DNA of 63,271 nt, counting the filler, from Reclinomonas americana ATCC 50394 (Eukaryota): assembly GCA_048213135.1 (NCBI GenBank). It is 8 parts of 5 records of this genome, joined end to end, with 100 filler letters (N's around TTAATTAATTAA, not from the genome) between each part and the next. Parts side by side here need not be neighbours in the genome. Positions count along the whole stretch, not along the records: positions 9,965 to 19,034 come from PS015608.1; positions 19,135 to 23,058 come from PS015608.1; positions 23,159 to 49,582 come from PS015609.1; 5 more parts are not named here. One strand, given 5' to 3'. Below are positions 11,956 through 24,125 of the stretch, piece by piece; the stretch's first letter is position 1; each line of letters starts with the position of its first letter. Position numbers and translations under genes: made by a program. Below the pieces are notes generated by a model. That model was not told the DNA's origin and did not search any database. It was given only the letters and a program-made list of their open reading frames with translations.

Positions 11956-14639
11956 ATGGTGGCCTGCGCAGTGCACGCGGACGTCGCGCCCCCTCTGCAC
12001 CTGCTCCTCCTCTCGACGACGAGCAGGACGAGAACAAGCCGCCTGCCTCCTCCACAACAACCACAGACGGAAGAACCCGCGCCTTATCTCACCCGGCGCC
12101 CGATCGCCGACCATGGTTTCGTAACAACACAGCAGGCAGCAAACCGCGTCCGATAACTCCTCAGCACCAATCGCCCTCGCCACTCTTCTTCCCGCCACAC
12201 ATGTGCACCTCGAGTATACTCTCTGTGTCCTCGGCCTCCTCTGCGTCGACTGCATCGCTGCAAAGACCGCGATCGGCGGTGCAGTTGGTGTTAGNNNNNN
12301 NNNNNNNNNNNNNNNNNNNNNNNNNNNNNNNNNNNNNNNNNNNNNNNNNNNNNNNNNNNNNNNNNNNNNNNNCGAGAGGGCGCGTCTGAGTTTCGGTGCG
12401 TTAGTGGCCGAAGAATTGCACTCCCCATTCCTGCGCCTCTCTCCGTGACACGCCTGTCGTAGATGGTTTCGTGTTCCGCTGGGTGAGCCGGCCGATTCGC
12501 CACTGGCCGAGGAGATTGTGGCGGCGCGCGGATCGCGGGTGTACATTGCGCGAACGGGCGATGTGGGCATGCAGCTGGCGTTTGAGTACACGCCGGTGCG
12601 AGACGTGGATGGTCTGCGGGGCGCGCCGCAGCGTGCCTTGTCGGCCGTCGTCAAGAGTTACGTGTGTTGGTGAGTGGTTTCTATGTACCGCTTCTGCGAT
12701 CTCACACACGCAGAGTGTGCGTTGCAGGCGGTCAGTGCATCGGCGAGATCGTGCTGCACACGGCGCCGTTTGAGGGTCCGGCGGTGCCTGTTGGTCACAC
12801 GGTGCGCGGCATGACGTGCTTGCGATGCGTGCCGCTGGCGGCGAATGGTGGTGGCGGCGATCTGGATCGTGATCGAGTGGTTGTGGAGTGGAGCTGGGAG
12901 CGCTCCATGAACGGCAATGCGTACACGCCGTGTCGACCAGTGTGCACCAGTGCGGAGCGCGACTACACCACCAACGCCGACGACGTCAACTGCCATGTGC
13001 GTCTGGTCGGAAGGCGGTGGAGGGCGCACGATCGGCGTCTGCTGGAGGTTGTCGCGTCGTCGGCTGTCACGGTGGAGATGAGTTGCGTGTGACGGGGGAA
13101 GGGGGAAAGGGGAGAAGGGGAAGGGGGGAAAGGGAGAAGGGAAGAGACTGGCAAGCCTCTCAACGCACGTTCAGAAGGCGAGAGTGAAAGACAAGGAAGA
13201 GGGAGAGAGAGAGACAAACAGGGGAGGAGTTAAGTCAGTCAGTGACCTACGCGAGAAAGGGAAGCCTAAAGCGAGACGCCGTGGATTGCCAGTTGCACTT
13301 GCGACGAGTAACAGAGAGCAAGGAAGGGAGAGAGGGAGAAAGAGAATTGGCAGTCGTCTGACCAATGAGAGGGAAAGACAAGCCTGACTGTGAGATGTCG
13401 TTGATTACCAATTGCGCATGCGGAGAGTACCAGAGAGCAAGGAAGAGAGAGACCTGGCAATCATAGGACTGACGCGAGCACTCACGCTCACAAGGAAGAG
13501 TGAAAGAAGAGCCTGGAAGTGAGATGAAGTGTTGCGCTTTCTCGAAAGTTACTGAGAAGTGGCAAGGGAAGCAGCAAACATCGTATTCGCGTGTATGAAA
13601 GAGAGAGAGAGAGAGAAAGAGCAAGGAAGAGAGAGAGAAAGAGCAAGGAAGAGAGACAGAGAAGGAATGGACTGTCGTTTGACCACACGAGGGAAAGAAG
13701 AGCCTGGAAGTGAGATGCAGTGTTGCGCTTTCTGAAAACAGAGAAGGGGCAAGGAATGCAGGAAACATCGTTGCAGAAGAATGCACCCACGTGTGAGAGT
13801 GACACTGTTCTCACAACAACTGCCCGTAGGTGCCAAGCTTCGAATTGCGACCCTGCGCAGCCTGCAGCAACGCGAAACAGTGCATCCGGTGGTCGACACC
13901 GTCACCGGCACGGAGCTGATGCTGGTGTTTTCTCGCGAGAAATTCCGTGTCGCCAGCAAGTCGCGTTCCGGCGGCAATGGTGCCACGCTGATGAAGCGCT
14001 CGTGGAACAGTCACGAAATGGTCGGCAAGCGTGGATTGTGATAGCATTGTACTGTGCGGATCGCTGACTGTTGCTTGCCGCAGGATATGCGAGTGGCGGC
14101 CGATTCGGAAGACTCGTGTCAGCTGGAGATTCAGATGGTGAGTCGGCTTTCATTTTATCGTTTATGCTGGTCGCTTACATGCTCTCGTGTCCCAGTCGCC
14201 AGCCGACATTCTGCGAGTCACGATTGACGGCAAGGAGGCAGCGGATTCACTAATTGTGCTCTTCCGCTTGCTTGCTGCCATGGCGACGGTGCGTCTTTGT
14301 CTTTGTTGGCTGATGTGTTTTCTCTTTCCTCAAGAATTCGTCGCACAGAGCATTCTCGATGAGATCTGCGGCGATGCGGGGGCGTCGGAACGCTGGAAGA
14401 CACAGCCGCGCGATCCAGGCGCGCACTGTCCGTACCGTGCGCGATTGCAGCCGCGCTCTGTGCCCTCTGGCCGCCGCCGCCCACCATCTCGTATTGTTGC
14501 GTCGTGCGGTGCTGCTTCTCCGTGGCTGTTGATTTGCTCACCGCCATGCGCACAGTTGTACTCGGGCCGCCAGTCGCTTGCCTGGAATCACGCCTACAAA
14601 ATGGTCTCCAGCTTCTCCTTCCCTCCCATGGACGAGTAA
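11956..14639 (+). CDS. AIR9/SCAB-like protein with two A9-type Ig domains and a PH-like domain (5' exons uncertain)
   Basis: The exon near 12463-12656 reads WFRVP...RVYIARTGDVGMQLAFEYTPVRDVDGLRGAP, which matches the AIR9 A9-repeat motif. A second repeat (WSWERS...YTTNADDVNCHVRL) is followed by a beta-rich segment ending in the helix GKEAADSLIVLFRLLA. Confidence 0.6.
13140..13810 (+). repeat. Degenerate purine-rich intronic repeat
   Basis: aagaagagcctggaagtgagatg..gtgttgcgctttct recurs at about 13505 and 13695; agagcaaggaagagaga recurs several times. Confidence 0.7.
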
Positions 14640-14684
14640 ATATGTGTACAACAATCTAGGTTTCATGCATTATTGTCGCACGCG

Positions 14685-16760
14685 TTACTCTTCTGGCGTT
14701 GATGGTGGTGGTGGAGGTGGTGGTGGTGACGAAGGTGGTGAGGGCGATGCCGACGGTTGAGAGACACTCTTGCCGGGTGCCGTGGTTCTGCCGGCGCTCT
14801 TTGGTCTGCGAGTTGGCGCGGCCAGCGGCTGCAACAAGGGAAAGAGAGTGCAAGTGAGCAACAGCGGAGTCTCGTTATTCCCCTCTCTCAATCCACACTC
14901 CACCATATCAATGTCACGATCGGCGCCACTGTCCCCCACCGGCGCCTCCACAATCGGCTCCGTGAATTGCACCGGTGGTCCACCCTCCGGCACACCCTCG
15001 AATGGCGTTACTCGCAGCTGCGCCGCCGCGGTCTTGGTTGGTGTTTGGTACGACACGCCAAAGAGGAACCAGCGCTGCGCCAATTCGTCGCCACCGACAC
15101 CCATGTGTTTCGCCAGCTCTGCGTCCTCTTTCCAGCGCCCACTTTGCGCCGTCGCCACATCCTGCCCGACGTGATGAGGAGGAGCACTGTCACACCACAA
15201 CCGGCGAGGCGAGCGAAGCATTTACCTGCTCCGACATGCCCTGCTCTTCGTACCACACACGCAGGGGGTCCTCGCGACGCGACACAATCACCGTCACGGT
15301 CGTCTGTGGTGGCTTGGCCATGACGGAGCGCGCCAGTGGGTGGTGCAGGCCCAACAGACCCGCCTCTGGCAAGTGCTCGTGCTCGCCAACAATCTGCGGT
15401 GACGGATCAGCTGATGGACAGGGAGGCGGTGGCAGTGGAGAGAGAGAGAGACCTGGAAAATGTGTGCAGTGCGACTCGCCAGGTGGACCATGTTGACCAC
15501 GGAGCCGATCTTGACGTGATCGTCGGCTTGCATGCCACCGTAGAGCACGTCTGGGGGGAGGCAGGGAATGAGGAGGAGGAGAAGAAGGAGGAGAAGAAGA
15601 AGAAGAAGAAGAAGAAGAAGGAGGAGGAGGAGGAGGAGGAGGAGGAGGAGGAGGAGGAGGAGGAGGAGGAGGAGGAGGAGGAGGAGGAGGAGGAGGAGGA
15701 GGAGGAGGAGAGGAGGAGGAGAGAGAGAGAGAGAGAGAGTAGAGAGAGAGAGAGAGAGNNNNNNNNNNNNNNNNNNNNNNNNNNNNNNNNNNNNNNNNNN
15801 NNNNNNNNNNNNNNNNNNNNNNNNNNNNNNNNNNNNNNNNNNNNNNNNNNNNNNNNNNNNNNNNNNNNNNNNNNNNNNNNNNNNNNNNNNNNNNNNNNNN
15901 NNNNNNNNNNNNNNNNNNNNNNNNNNNNNNNNNNNNNNNNNNNNNNNNNNNNNNNNNNNNNNNNNNNNNNNNNNNNNNNNNNNNNNNNNNNNNNNNNNNN
16001 NNNNNNNNNNNNNNNNNNNNNNNNNNNNNNNNNNNNNNNNNNNNNNNNNNNNNNNNNNNNNNNNNNNNNNNNNNNNNNNNNNNNNNNNNNNNNNNNNNNN
16101 NNNNNNNNNNNNNNNGGGGCGTGTAAAGAAAATAGCAGAGACCGAGGAATGCAAGAGGGAGAAGAGAGAAGACAGAAGAAGGCAGTTGAAGTGACTTTGA
16201 TGGGGCGTGTAAAGTGACAGCAGAGACAGAGGAATGCAAGAGGGAGAAGGGAGAAGACAGAAGAATGCAACTGAAGTGACTTTGATGAATTGTATGACAG
16301 AGAGAGAGAGAGGGGAAAGCAAAAAGAAAGAGGGGAGAAGAGAAGAGGAAGGAGAAGACAGAAGAATGCAATTGAAGTGACTTTGATCGCGAATGTGTGG
16401 ATTACACAGAGTGGGCGATGTGAAGAGAGATAGAGAGAGGCAGGAAGGCGCAGAAGGAGAGGAGAGAGAAGAGAGAATGCAATTGAAGTGACTTTGATCA
16501 CAAGCTCACTCCCTCTCTCTCCTTTTGTCTCCCTTCCTCTCTCTTCCCTCTCTCCTCTCTGCTCTCTTCTCCCTCTCTCCCTCACACACACCCAACACCA
16601 GCGCAAAGTACGCCGAAGTCATCGGAAGTCGCGCATCGTCCTCTGAGCTCACAGGCAACACATGATGCCGTTGCTGCAACGTCGACGACGTTGAGAACAA
16701 CGCACACGCGCGAGAAGCGCACGACAGCGAGAGCAGCAGTGGCCTTCGCGCGAGGAGCAT
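14685..16760 (-). CDS. Putative mitochondrion-targeted GreA/GreB/Rnk C-terminal-domain protein; exons 16760-16592, 15550-15453, 15393-15226, 15161-14685 (last may contain an in-frame intron)
   Basis: Presequence-like N-terminus MLLARRPLLLSLSCASRACALFSTSSTL. The spliced DHVKIGSVVNMVHLASRTAHIFQ|IVGEHEHLPEAGLLGLHHPLARSVMAK aligns without gaps to the GreA C-domain pattern V..G..V...L.S......IVG..E.....L.....P.AR....K. Confidence 0.7.
16115..16500 (+). repeat. Intronic degenerate tandem repeat, unit about 85-110 bp
   Basis: The core gaatgcaa.tgaagtgactttgat occurs about 4 times. Confidence 0.8.
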
Positions 16761-16844
16761 TCTTGCGTGGAGGACACGGACGTGCGGGACGAGGCGCGAG
16801 CACGCACTGGCCGTTGTGTGACTGGTTTACTCATTGATACACGC

Positions 16845-17649
16845 ATGGCGTACCCGCCCGAGCTGCGACTCAAGTTACGCGCACGTGTGTGTGTGAGAGA
16901 GTGAGAGAGAGGGAGGGAGAGAGGACGTGCAGCTGTTGTTTGGTGTTGTGTGTCAGTCAGTGTTTGAAGGCGCACGCTCAGAACGCAGATGTACCAATGA
17001 GCTCGCTTGCATGGTGAAAGTGTCGCCCGGTTGAAGACACACGCTTAGAACGCAGATGGATGAATGGGCTTCTCTTCTGCATCATGAAAGTGTCGCTCAG
17101 TTGAAGACGCACACGTAGATGGATGAATGGGCTTCTCTTCTATGTCACTTGCATGGTGAAAGTGTCGCCCAGTTGAAGGCGCACACTCAGAACGCAGATG
17201 AACCAGTGAGCGTTCTCTTTTGCATCATGAAAGTGTCGCTCAGTTGAAGACGCACGCTTAGAACGCAGATGAACCAATGAGCGTTTCTCTCTGTCTATCT
17301 TGCATCGTGAGAGTGTCGCCCAGTTGAAGACAGACGCTCAGAACATAAATGCATGAACGAGCGTTTCTCTCTGTCTATCTTGCATCGTGAGTGTGTCGCT
17401 CAGTTGAGACGGGCGCTCAGAGCGCAGATGAAACCAGTGAGCGTTTCTCTCTCCCTCCCTCTCCTCTCTCTCCCCCCCTCCTCTCTCTCCTTCTCTCGCT
17501 TTGTTGTCTTGCCACTGACGTTTTTTTCGCCTTCAGGCATGTGCTTGGTCGGTCGACGGGTTTCTTGCATGCAGTCGGCGACTCGTCAGTGGCGCTGCGT
17601 GCGGGTTCACAGCTGGCGTTTCTGAGAGCGGATGAGCAGTCGGAAGGAG
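16845..17649 (+). CDS. CFAP43: Probable N-terminal exons of CFAP43 (16845-16873, 17537-17649)
   Basis: Spliced MAYPPELRLK|HVLGRSTGFLHAVGDSSVALRAGSQLAFL resembles the first propeller strands of CFAP43. Same strand as the C-terminal CFAP43 exons beyond the gap. Confidence 0.55.
16963..17447 (+). repeat. Intronic minisatellite, about 7 copies of 60-80 bp
   Basis: Unit approximates ttgaagacgcacgcttagaacgcagatg...tgcatc.tgaaagtgtcgc.cag, repeated head to tail. Confidence 0.9.
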
Positions 17650-19204
17650 GTATGTGCGCACAGAGAGACAGGAACTCACATGATAGCCTGCAAACCCCTC
17701 TGTCACTCACTCATCCGTTCAGAAAGAGAGAGAAGAGCTGCCTCAGTCCACACTTACACCCCCTCGTCCCTTCATCCATCTCGCTCCTGTTTCAGAGAGA
17801 AGCCGAAGCAGTCTATAGGCACACCCCGCGTTCCTCCATCTCTATCGCTCTCCTCTCACTCCCATACACACTTAGGAGCTGNNNNNNNNNNNNNNNNNNN
17901 NNNNNNNNNNNNNNNNNNNNNNNNNNNNNNNNNNNNNNNNNNNNNNNNNNNNNNNNNNNNNNNNNNNNNNNNNNNNNNNNNNNNNNNNNNNNNNNNNNNN
18001 NNNNNNNNNNNNNNNNNNNNNNNNNNNNNNNNNNNNNNNNNNNNNNNNNNNNNNNNNNNNNNNNNNNNNNNNNNNNNNNNNNNNNNNNNNNNNNNNNNNN
18101 NNNNNNNNNNNNNNNNNNNNNNNNNNNNNNNNNNNNNNNNNNNNNNNNNNNNNNNNNNNNNNNNNNNNNNNNNNNNNNNNNNNNNNNNNNNNNNNNNNNN
18201 NNNNNNNNNNNNNNNNNNNNNNNNNNNNNNNNNNNNNNNNNNNNNNNNNNNNNNNNNNNNNNNNNNNNNNNNNNNNNNNNNNNNNNNNNNNNNNNNNNNN
18301 NNNNNNNNNNNNNNNNNNNNNNNNNNNNNNNNNNNNNNNNNNNNNNNNNNNNNNNNNNNNNNNNNNNNNNNNNNNNNNNNNNNNNNNNNNNNNNNNNNNN
18401 NNNNNNNNNNNNNNNNNNNNNNNNNNNNNNNNNNNNNNNNNNNNNNNNNNNNNNNNNNNNNNNNNNNNNNNNNNNNNNNNNNNNNNNNNNNNNNNNNNNN
18501 NNNNNNNNNNNNNNNNNNNNNNNNNNNNNNNNNNNNNNNNNNNNNNNNNNNNNNNNNNNNNNNNNNNNNNNNNNNNNNNNNNNNNNNNNNNNNNNNNNNN
18601 NNNNNNNNNNNNNNNNNNNNNNNNNNNNNNNNNNNNNNNNNNNNNNNNNNNNNNNNNNNNNNNNNNNNNNNNNNNNNNNNNNNNNNNNNNNNNNNNNNNN
18701 NNNNNNNNNNNNNNNNNNNNNNNNNNNNNNNNNNNNNNNNNNNNNNNNNNNNNNNNNNNNNNNNNNNNNNNNNNNNNNNNNNNNNNNNNNNNNNNNNNNN
18801 NNNNNNNNNNNNNNNNNNNNNNNNNNNNNNNNNNNNNNNNNNNNNNNNNNNNGTTACAGGTGTGGATTGATGGTGCGATGCTCTGCGCGTGTGTGTGAGA
18901 GAGAAGGGGAGAGAGAGAGAGAGTGGGAGAAGAAGAAGAAGAAGAAGAAGAAGAAGAAGAAGAAGAAGAAGAGAGCCTGCTCTTCGCAGTGTAAGATGAA
19001 GGAAGGGTCCAGAGGGTGCAAGTGTGGACTGAGANNNNNNNNNNNNNNNNNNNNNNNNNNNNNNNNNNNNNNNNNNNNTTAATTAATTAANNNNNNNNNN
19101 NNNNNNNNNNNNNNNNNNNNNNNNNNNNNNNNNNATTGATGGCAGCAGACTAGCTTCGTTGTGCAACTGTGCTGACACGCCCTTGTGTCCTTCTCCTCCC
19201 ACAG

Positions 19205-20489
19205 GTGACACTCGATGAGCTGAAGCAGCAGGCGTCGCAGACGTCAACAGAGGTGGCGCAGTTCCGCCGTGAGGTGGTGGCGGCGCAGAGCGAGTTTGAG
19301 GAGATGAAGGCGGAGGAGCGCGAAATGGCGGCCGAGAAGAACTTCAAGCTCAAGTTTGCCGACGCACCCGATCACGTCGATCATCTGTGGAAGTTGTTCC
19401 GAAGGAGACCAAAGGTGCGAGGCGGGGAGAGAAGTGCGAGTATGACATGCGTTCCAAATGTCTCACCATCTTGTGCCTTGTTCGTCGAGCAGCCACTGGT
19501 CGCCCAACAGCGACCACCATCGTCGTCGGGGGTGGCGGCCACCGCCGCAGATCCGTTTGGCGGCGTGGAGAGTTCACCGTCGATGATTGCCACCGAGGCA
19601 CCGGCGGAGCCACCGGATGTGTTGGATGTCATTCGCGATCGACCAGAAGGCATCAGCGATGTGGTGTGGGAGCGATTCTGGGAGTGGCGAAAGTACAAGA
19701 TGGCCAAGGAGCGCGACATCAAGTTTGCGGCGGAGCGTCTTGCCGAGATGGAGGCTCACTTGCAGAAGCAGGAGGCCGACGAGGCCACTTACAACCGCGA
19801 GGTATGGAATTTATTAGTGGACGCAACAGAGTGCGTGACTCTCACCACTCACCTTATCTGTGTGAATGCAGATGATGTCGGCCTCGGCTCTGGTGAAGGA
19901 GTTGCATCAGGAGCGCATCGACTCGGCCTACAACACCGACTGCATCCTCACACTGAGGCAAGGCCAGGTGGAGGTGGAGCAGGCGGCTGTCGTCACCGAC
20001 TACGGCAACTCGGTGCTCATCAACAACAAGATTGTGCGCGGCCTCAACGACGAAATCCTGCGTGCTGCCAATGAGAACATTGACTGCCTGAAGCAAATTC
20101 GTGACTTCCGCAAGCAAGTGCGCCAGCTGGAATGGTGCGTGACAGCCGCCGCCCCCCATGAATTGGCAAGCAACTGTACTCATTGTGAGTGTGATGTACA
20201 GGAACTTGGACAAGCTGGACCTGGATGCGGAGCACTTTGCGGTGCTGAAGAACGAGTTCTACTTGCTGCGCATGACCAAGAACATGCAGGAGTTCATCAA
20301 GGGTGGCGAGAATGCGTCGCAGGACGCCGTCAAGACGGAGCTGCTCGGCAAGAAGGAGTCGATGCGCAAGATGTTCGAGGCCAAGATCAAGGAGAAGGAC
20401 AACCAGATCCGCAAGCTGCGGCGTCAGATTCGACAGCGTGTCGAGGAGAACCACATGCTGGATCAGCGTATCCGCGAGCACACTGTCAT
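19205..20489 (+). CDS. CFAP43: Cilia- and flagella-associated protein 43, C-terminal coiled-coil region (partial, 3 introns)
   Basis: Motifs VDHLWKLFRRRPK, RPEGISDVVWERF, LRQGQVEVE...DYGNSVLINNKIVRGLNDEI and RQLEW match the CFAP43 C-terminus. Confidence 0.88.
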
Positions 20490-21549
20490 NNNNNNNNNNN
20501 NNNNNNNNNNNNNNNNNNNNNNNNNNNNNNNNNNNNNNNNNNNNNNNNNNNNNNNNNNNNNNNNNNNNNNNNNNNNNNNNNNNNNNNNNNNNNNNNNNNN
20601 NNNNNNNNNNNNNNNNNNNNNNNNNNNNNNNNNNNNNNNNNNNNNNNNNNNNNNNNNNNNNNNNNNNNNNNNNNNNNNNNNNNNNNNNNNNNNNNNNNNN
20701 NNNNNNNNNNNNNNNNNNNNNNNNNNNNNNNNNNNNNNNNNNNNNNNNNNNNNNNNNNNNNNNNNNNNNNNNNNNNNNNNNNNNNNNNNNNNNNNNNNNN
20801 NNNNNNNNNNNNNNNNNNNNNNNNNNNNNNNNNNNNNNNNNNNNNNNNNNNNNNNNNNNNNNNNNNNNNNNNNNNNNNNNNNNNNNNNNNNNNNNNNNNN
20901 NNNNNNNNNNNNNNNNNNNNNNNNNNNNNNNNNNNNNNNNNNNNNNNNNNNNNNNNNNNNNNNNNNNNNNNNNNNNNNNNNNNNNNNNNNNNNNNNNNNN
21001 NNNNNNNNNNNNNNNNNNNNNNNNNNNNNNNNNNNNNNNNNNNNNNNNNNNNNNNNNNNNNNNNNNNNNNNNNNNNNNNNNNNNNNNNNNNNNNNNNNNN
21101 NNNNNNNNNNNNNNNNNNNNNNNNNNNNNNNNNNNNNNNNNNNNNNNNNNNNNNNNNNNNNNNNNNNNNNNNNNNNNNNNNNNNNNNNNNNNNNNNNNNN
21201 NNNNNNNNNNNNNNNNNNNNNNNNNNNNNNNNNNNNNNNNNNNNNNNNNNNNNNNNNNNNNNNNNNNNNNNNNNNNNNNNNNNNNNNNNNNNNNNNNNNN
21301 NNNNNNNNNNNNNNNNNNNNNNNNNNNNNNNNNNNNNNNNNNNNNNNNNNNNNNNNNNNNNNNNNNNNNNNNNNNNNNNNNNNNNNNNNNNNNNNNNNNN
21401 NNNNGAAGAGAACAAAATTTTCTGTTACTCTTGGTGTGTGTGTGTGTGTGTGGTAATAATAGTAACGCGGTGGCAAGCAACGAGGAAGCAGCAAGAGAGG
21501 AAGGAATAGTCAGATCGAGAGATGAAATAATGTGGCAGGGCGAGCTGGC

Positions 21550-22976
21550 TCACAGCAGCGTCTCTGCCTGCAGTCTTCGCAACCGCGCCCGTTCCAGCTC
21601 GGCCCGCGCACGCTCGCACTTGCGCACCGAATCCTGCAGTTCGCGAGAGGCCACCGCCTCGGTGACGCGCAGCAGCTCCAATGTTACCTCATCCTGCGTG
21701 CGCCAAGGTCAGCAAGGGCGGAAGAAGGCTACAAGAGAGAGAGAGAGAGATGAAAAGAATGACAACGCAACTCGAGGCGAGCGTCGTGTCGGCGACAGCG
21801 GTCGGCGTGCCGACTCGGGCGACATGGACGACACCGACTTGTAGGGCGAGGGCGGCGAGCGCAGATACGGCGACGAGTGGTCGTGCACCGACAAGCCGGC
21901 CTTCTCCAGCAGCGGGGTGGGGAAGCGCTCAAACACCGTCGGTGGCGAGCGGCCAATCGCCGAGTACGAGTACGGTGTGGAGGGCAGTGGCCGACCACCG
22001 AGACGCGTCTCCGACACGGGCGTGTCGGTGGACTTGACCGAGTGCGCAGGCGGCGAACTCATATAGTAGCCCTCGCTCAGTGCCGGCGAGTGCAGGTAGC
22101 GCGAGCGCGGTAGCGCCGCGGTCGGTGAGGTGGCCGCCGAATACGACGCCGTCAGCTTGCGGTCGAGATCCTCGTCGAAATACGGAGGCTTGCGCAGGGG
22201 GTTGCGCTGCACGAGGTACGGGCTGAGGTGGTCCGGCGAGCGGCCGCTCAGCGCGTCAATCTCGCTACGAGGGAGAATGTGAGTGAGAGAGAGAGAAGAG
22301 TGTGCAGGTGGGCGGGTTTCCGCTGACCTCTGCAACGACTCGCGCAAGCCCGGCGACGATCCCAGTCGCGGTGGCGAGAATGCCACACGCTCCACGCGGA
22401 ACGACGACGGCGGTGAGCGCGGTCGGTAGCGCGGCGAGAAGCCCGACTCGTGACGCCGATTGCTGTCAATCAGCTCCGGCAACTCCACCGGCGTCCACTC
22501 GCCCTTTGTCTCCACCAGTGGCTCATTGCGGTACACAAAGGGCGACGGCTTGGGCACGGGAGGCGGCGACACGGAGCGTCTGCGTGGCGGTGACGTAGGC
22601 GATGCGGGTCGGTAGAGCGGGGCTTCCGAGGCGTGACCGCTGTGGATGCGGGGCTGCAGAGAGGAGGAAGGGTGGGTGAGGAGAAGAGGGGAAGGATGAG
22701 GGAAGGGTGGAAGGAGGAGGGAAGGGTGGAAGGAGGAGGGAAGGGTGGAAGGAGGAGGGAAGGGTGGAAGGAGGAGGGAAGGGTGGAAGGTGAGTGCAAG
22801 AGTGTGAAAAAGTCACCGCACTGCTTCTCACATGCACATGCACTCTCTGTCTCTCTGTGTGTGTATGTGTGTGTGTGTGTGTGTGCGTGTGTGTGTGTGT
22901 TTGCAAGAAAAGTCACCGCACTGAGCAACAGCGTTTCTCCGTGCTCTCTCCCACTCTCCCTTACACGCATGTTCTA

Positions 22977-23058
<82 letters not shown>

Positions 23059-23556
23059 NNNNNNNNNNNNNNNNNNNNNNNNNNNNNNNNNNNNNNNNNN
23101 NNTTAATTAATTAANNNNNNNNNNNNNNNNNNNNNNNNNNNNNNNNNNNNNNNNNNNNCCTCTCTCTCTCTCTCTCTCTCTCTCCTCCCTCCCTCCTCTC
23201 TCTCTCTCTCTCTCTCTCTGTCTGCACACACACGCAACATACTCCTCTGGCCACAGTCGAGAGCCCGCAGCGGCCTCCGCAAACGCCTCATCATCATCCT
23301 GCAGCGGACGCGCAGGCACAGGCACAGGAGGAGCAGGAGAAGGACTTCTTGCGCGAGGCTGCGGGGAGGCGCGCGAGAGGGAGGCACGAGCGTCACCGGC
23401 GGAGAAGAAGTGGTGCGCAGAGTCGGCGAGCGACGGGATCTTGTCGTGCGGGTCGGGCGAGAGAATGAGCCCGTCGCGGAAGTGCACGTCGAGGCCGTGT
23501 GGCGCGTAGATGCGGTCGACGCGAGAGAGAGTGGCTTCGAGACTCGGCACGGTCAT
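21550..23556 (-). CDS. Ser/Pro/Arg-rich hypothetical protein with a C-terminal coiled coil (spans a linker)
   Basis: GC-rich exons with many SP motifs. The last exon DEVTLELLRV...RLQAETLL* joins in frame through an A|GTTGCGT donor at 21771. Confidence 0.6.
22690..22790 (+). repeat. Intronic 19-bp minisatellite (gggaagggtggaaggagga)n
   Basis: About 5 near-perfect tandem copies. Confidence 0.9.
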
Positions 23557-23799
23557 GGCTGCTGCTGGGAGAGAGAGAGGGCTCAGTGTTTTCGTGAGCG
23601 GCTCTCAAAATTTCAATCGTAGACTTTGGCGCGTTGTTTACGGTTTTCTTGCTTCCCAGCGATAGCAACTGCCTTCGTGTCTTGTGCCAACAATACTCAA
23701 ATCGTGTTCCGTGTGGCTGTACTCGTGCGTTTAGAGGAGTTCCGTGTCGCAATCGAGCGTCGAAATCGAATTCGAATTCGAGATCGCGCGCGACCGAGA

Positions 23800-24125
23800 A
23801 TAACTGTGCCTGGCCAACTGACAAGCAACAGCTAGCTGTCTTGATGACCAAGTGGAACCATATCCAAAACACCAACACAAACACGAATCTTGAGGCAGCA
23901 GCAGGTTCCTTGTGTGTGTGCGGTCGCTCTCGGAGCTCTGAACAAGTCGAGAACTGCGATCTTTATCGATACCGCGGCCAACTGTGCATGGCCGACAAAC
24001 AAGCAACAGCTGTCTTGATGGCCAAGTGGAACCATATCCAAAACGCCAACACAAATACCAGCGGCAGGTTTTCTTTTCGCTCTCGGAGCTCCGAACAATT
24101 GCAAGTCGGGAACAGCGATCTTCAC
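23800..24125 (+). repeat. Tandem duplication of about 175 bp in the intergenic region upstream of ATG2
   Basis: actgtgc.tggcc....acaagcaacagct..gtcttgatg.ccaagtggaaccatatccaaaac.ccaacacaaa occurs at about 23802 and 23981. Confidence 0.9.

Noticed and set aside
15568..15758. PolyE, polyR and polyP ORFs
   Set aside because: Translations of intronic (GAG/GAA)n and (GA)n microsatellites; the same applies near 18900, 36230 and 62660.
14685..16760. Bacterial contamination as the source of the Gre-like or WD40 sequences
   Set aside because: Both carry host-type spliceosomal introns and lie contiguous with eukaryotic genes.
16963..17447. CRISPR-like array
   Set aside because: Units are degenerate along their whole length with no unique spacers, there are no cas genes, and the array sits in a eukaryotic intron.
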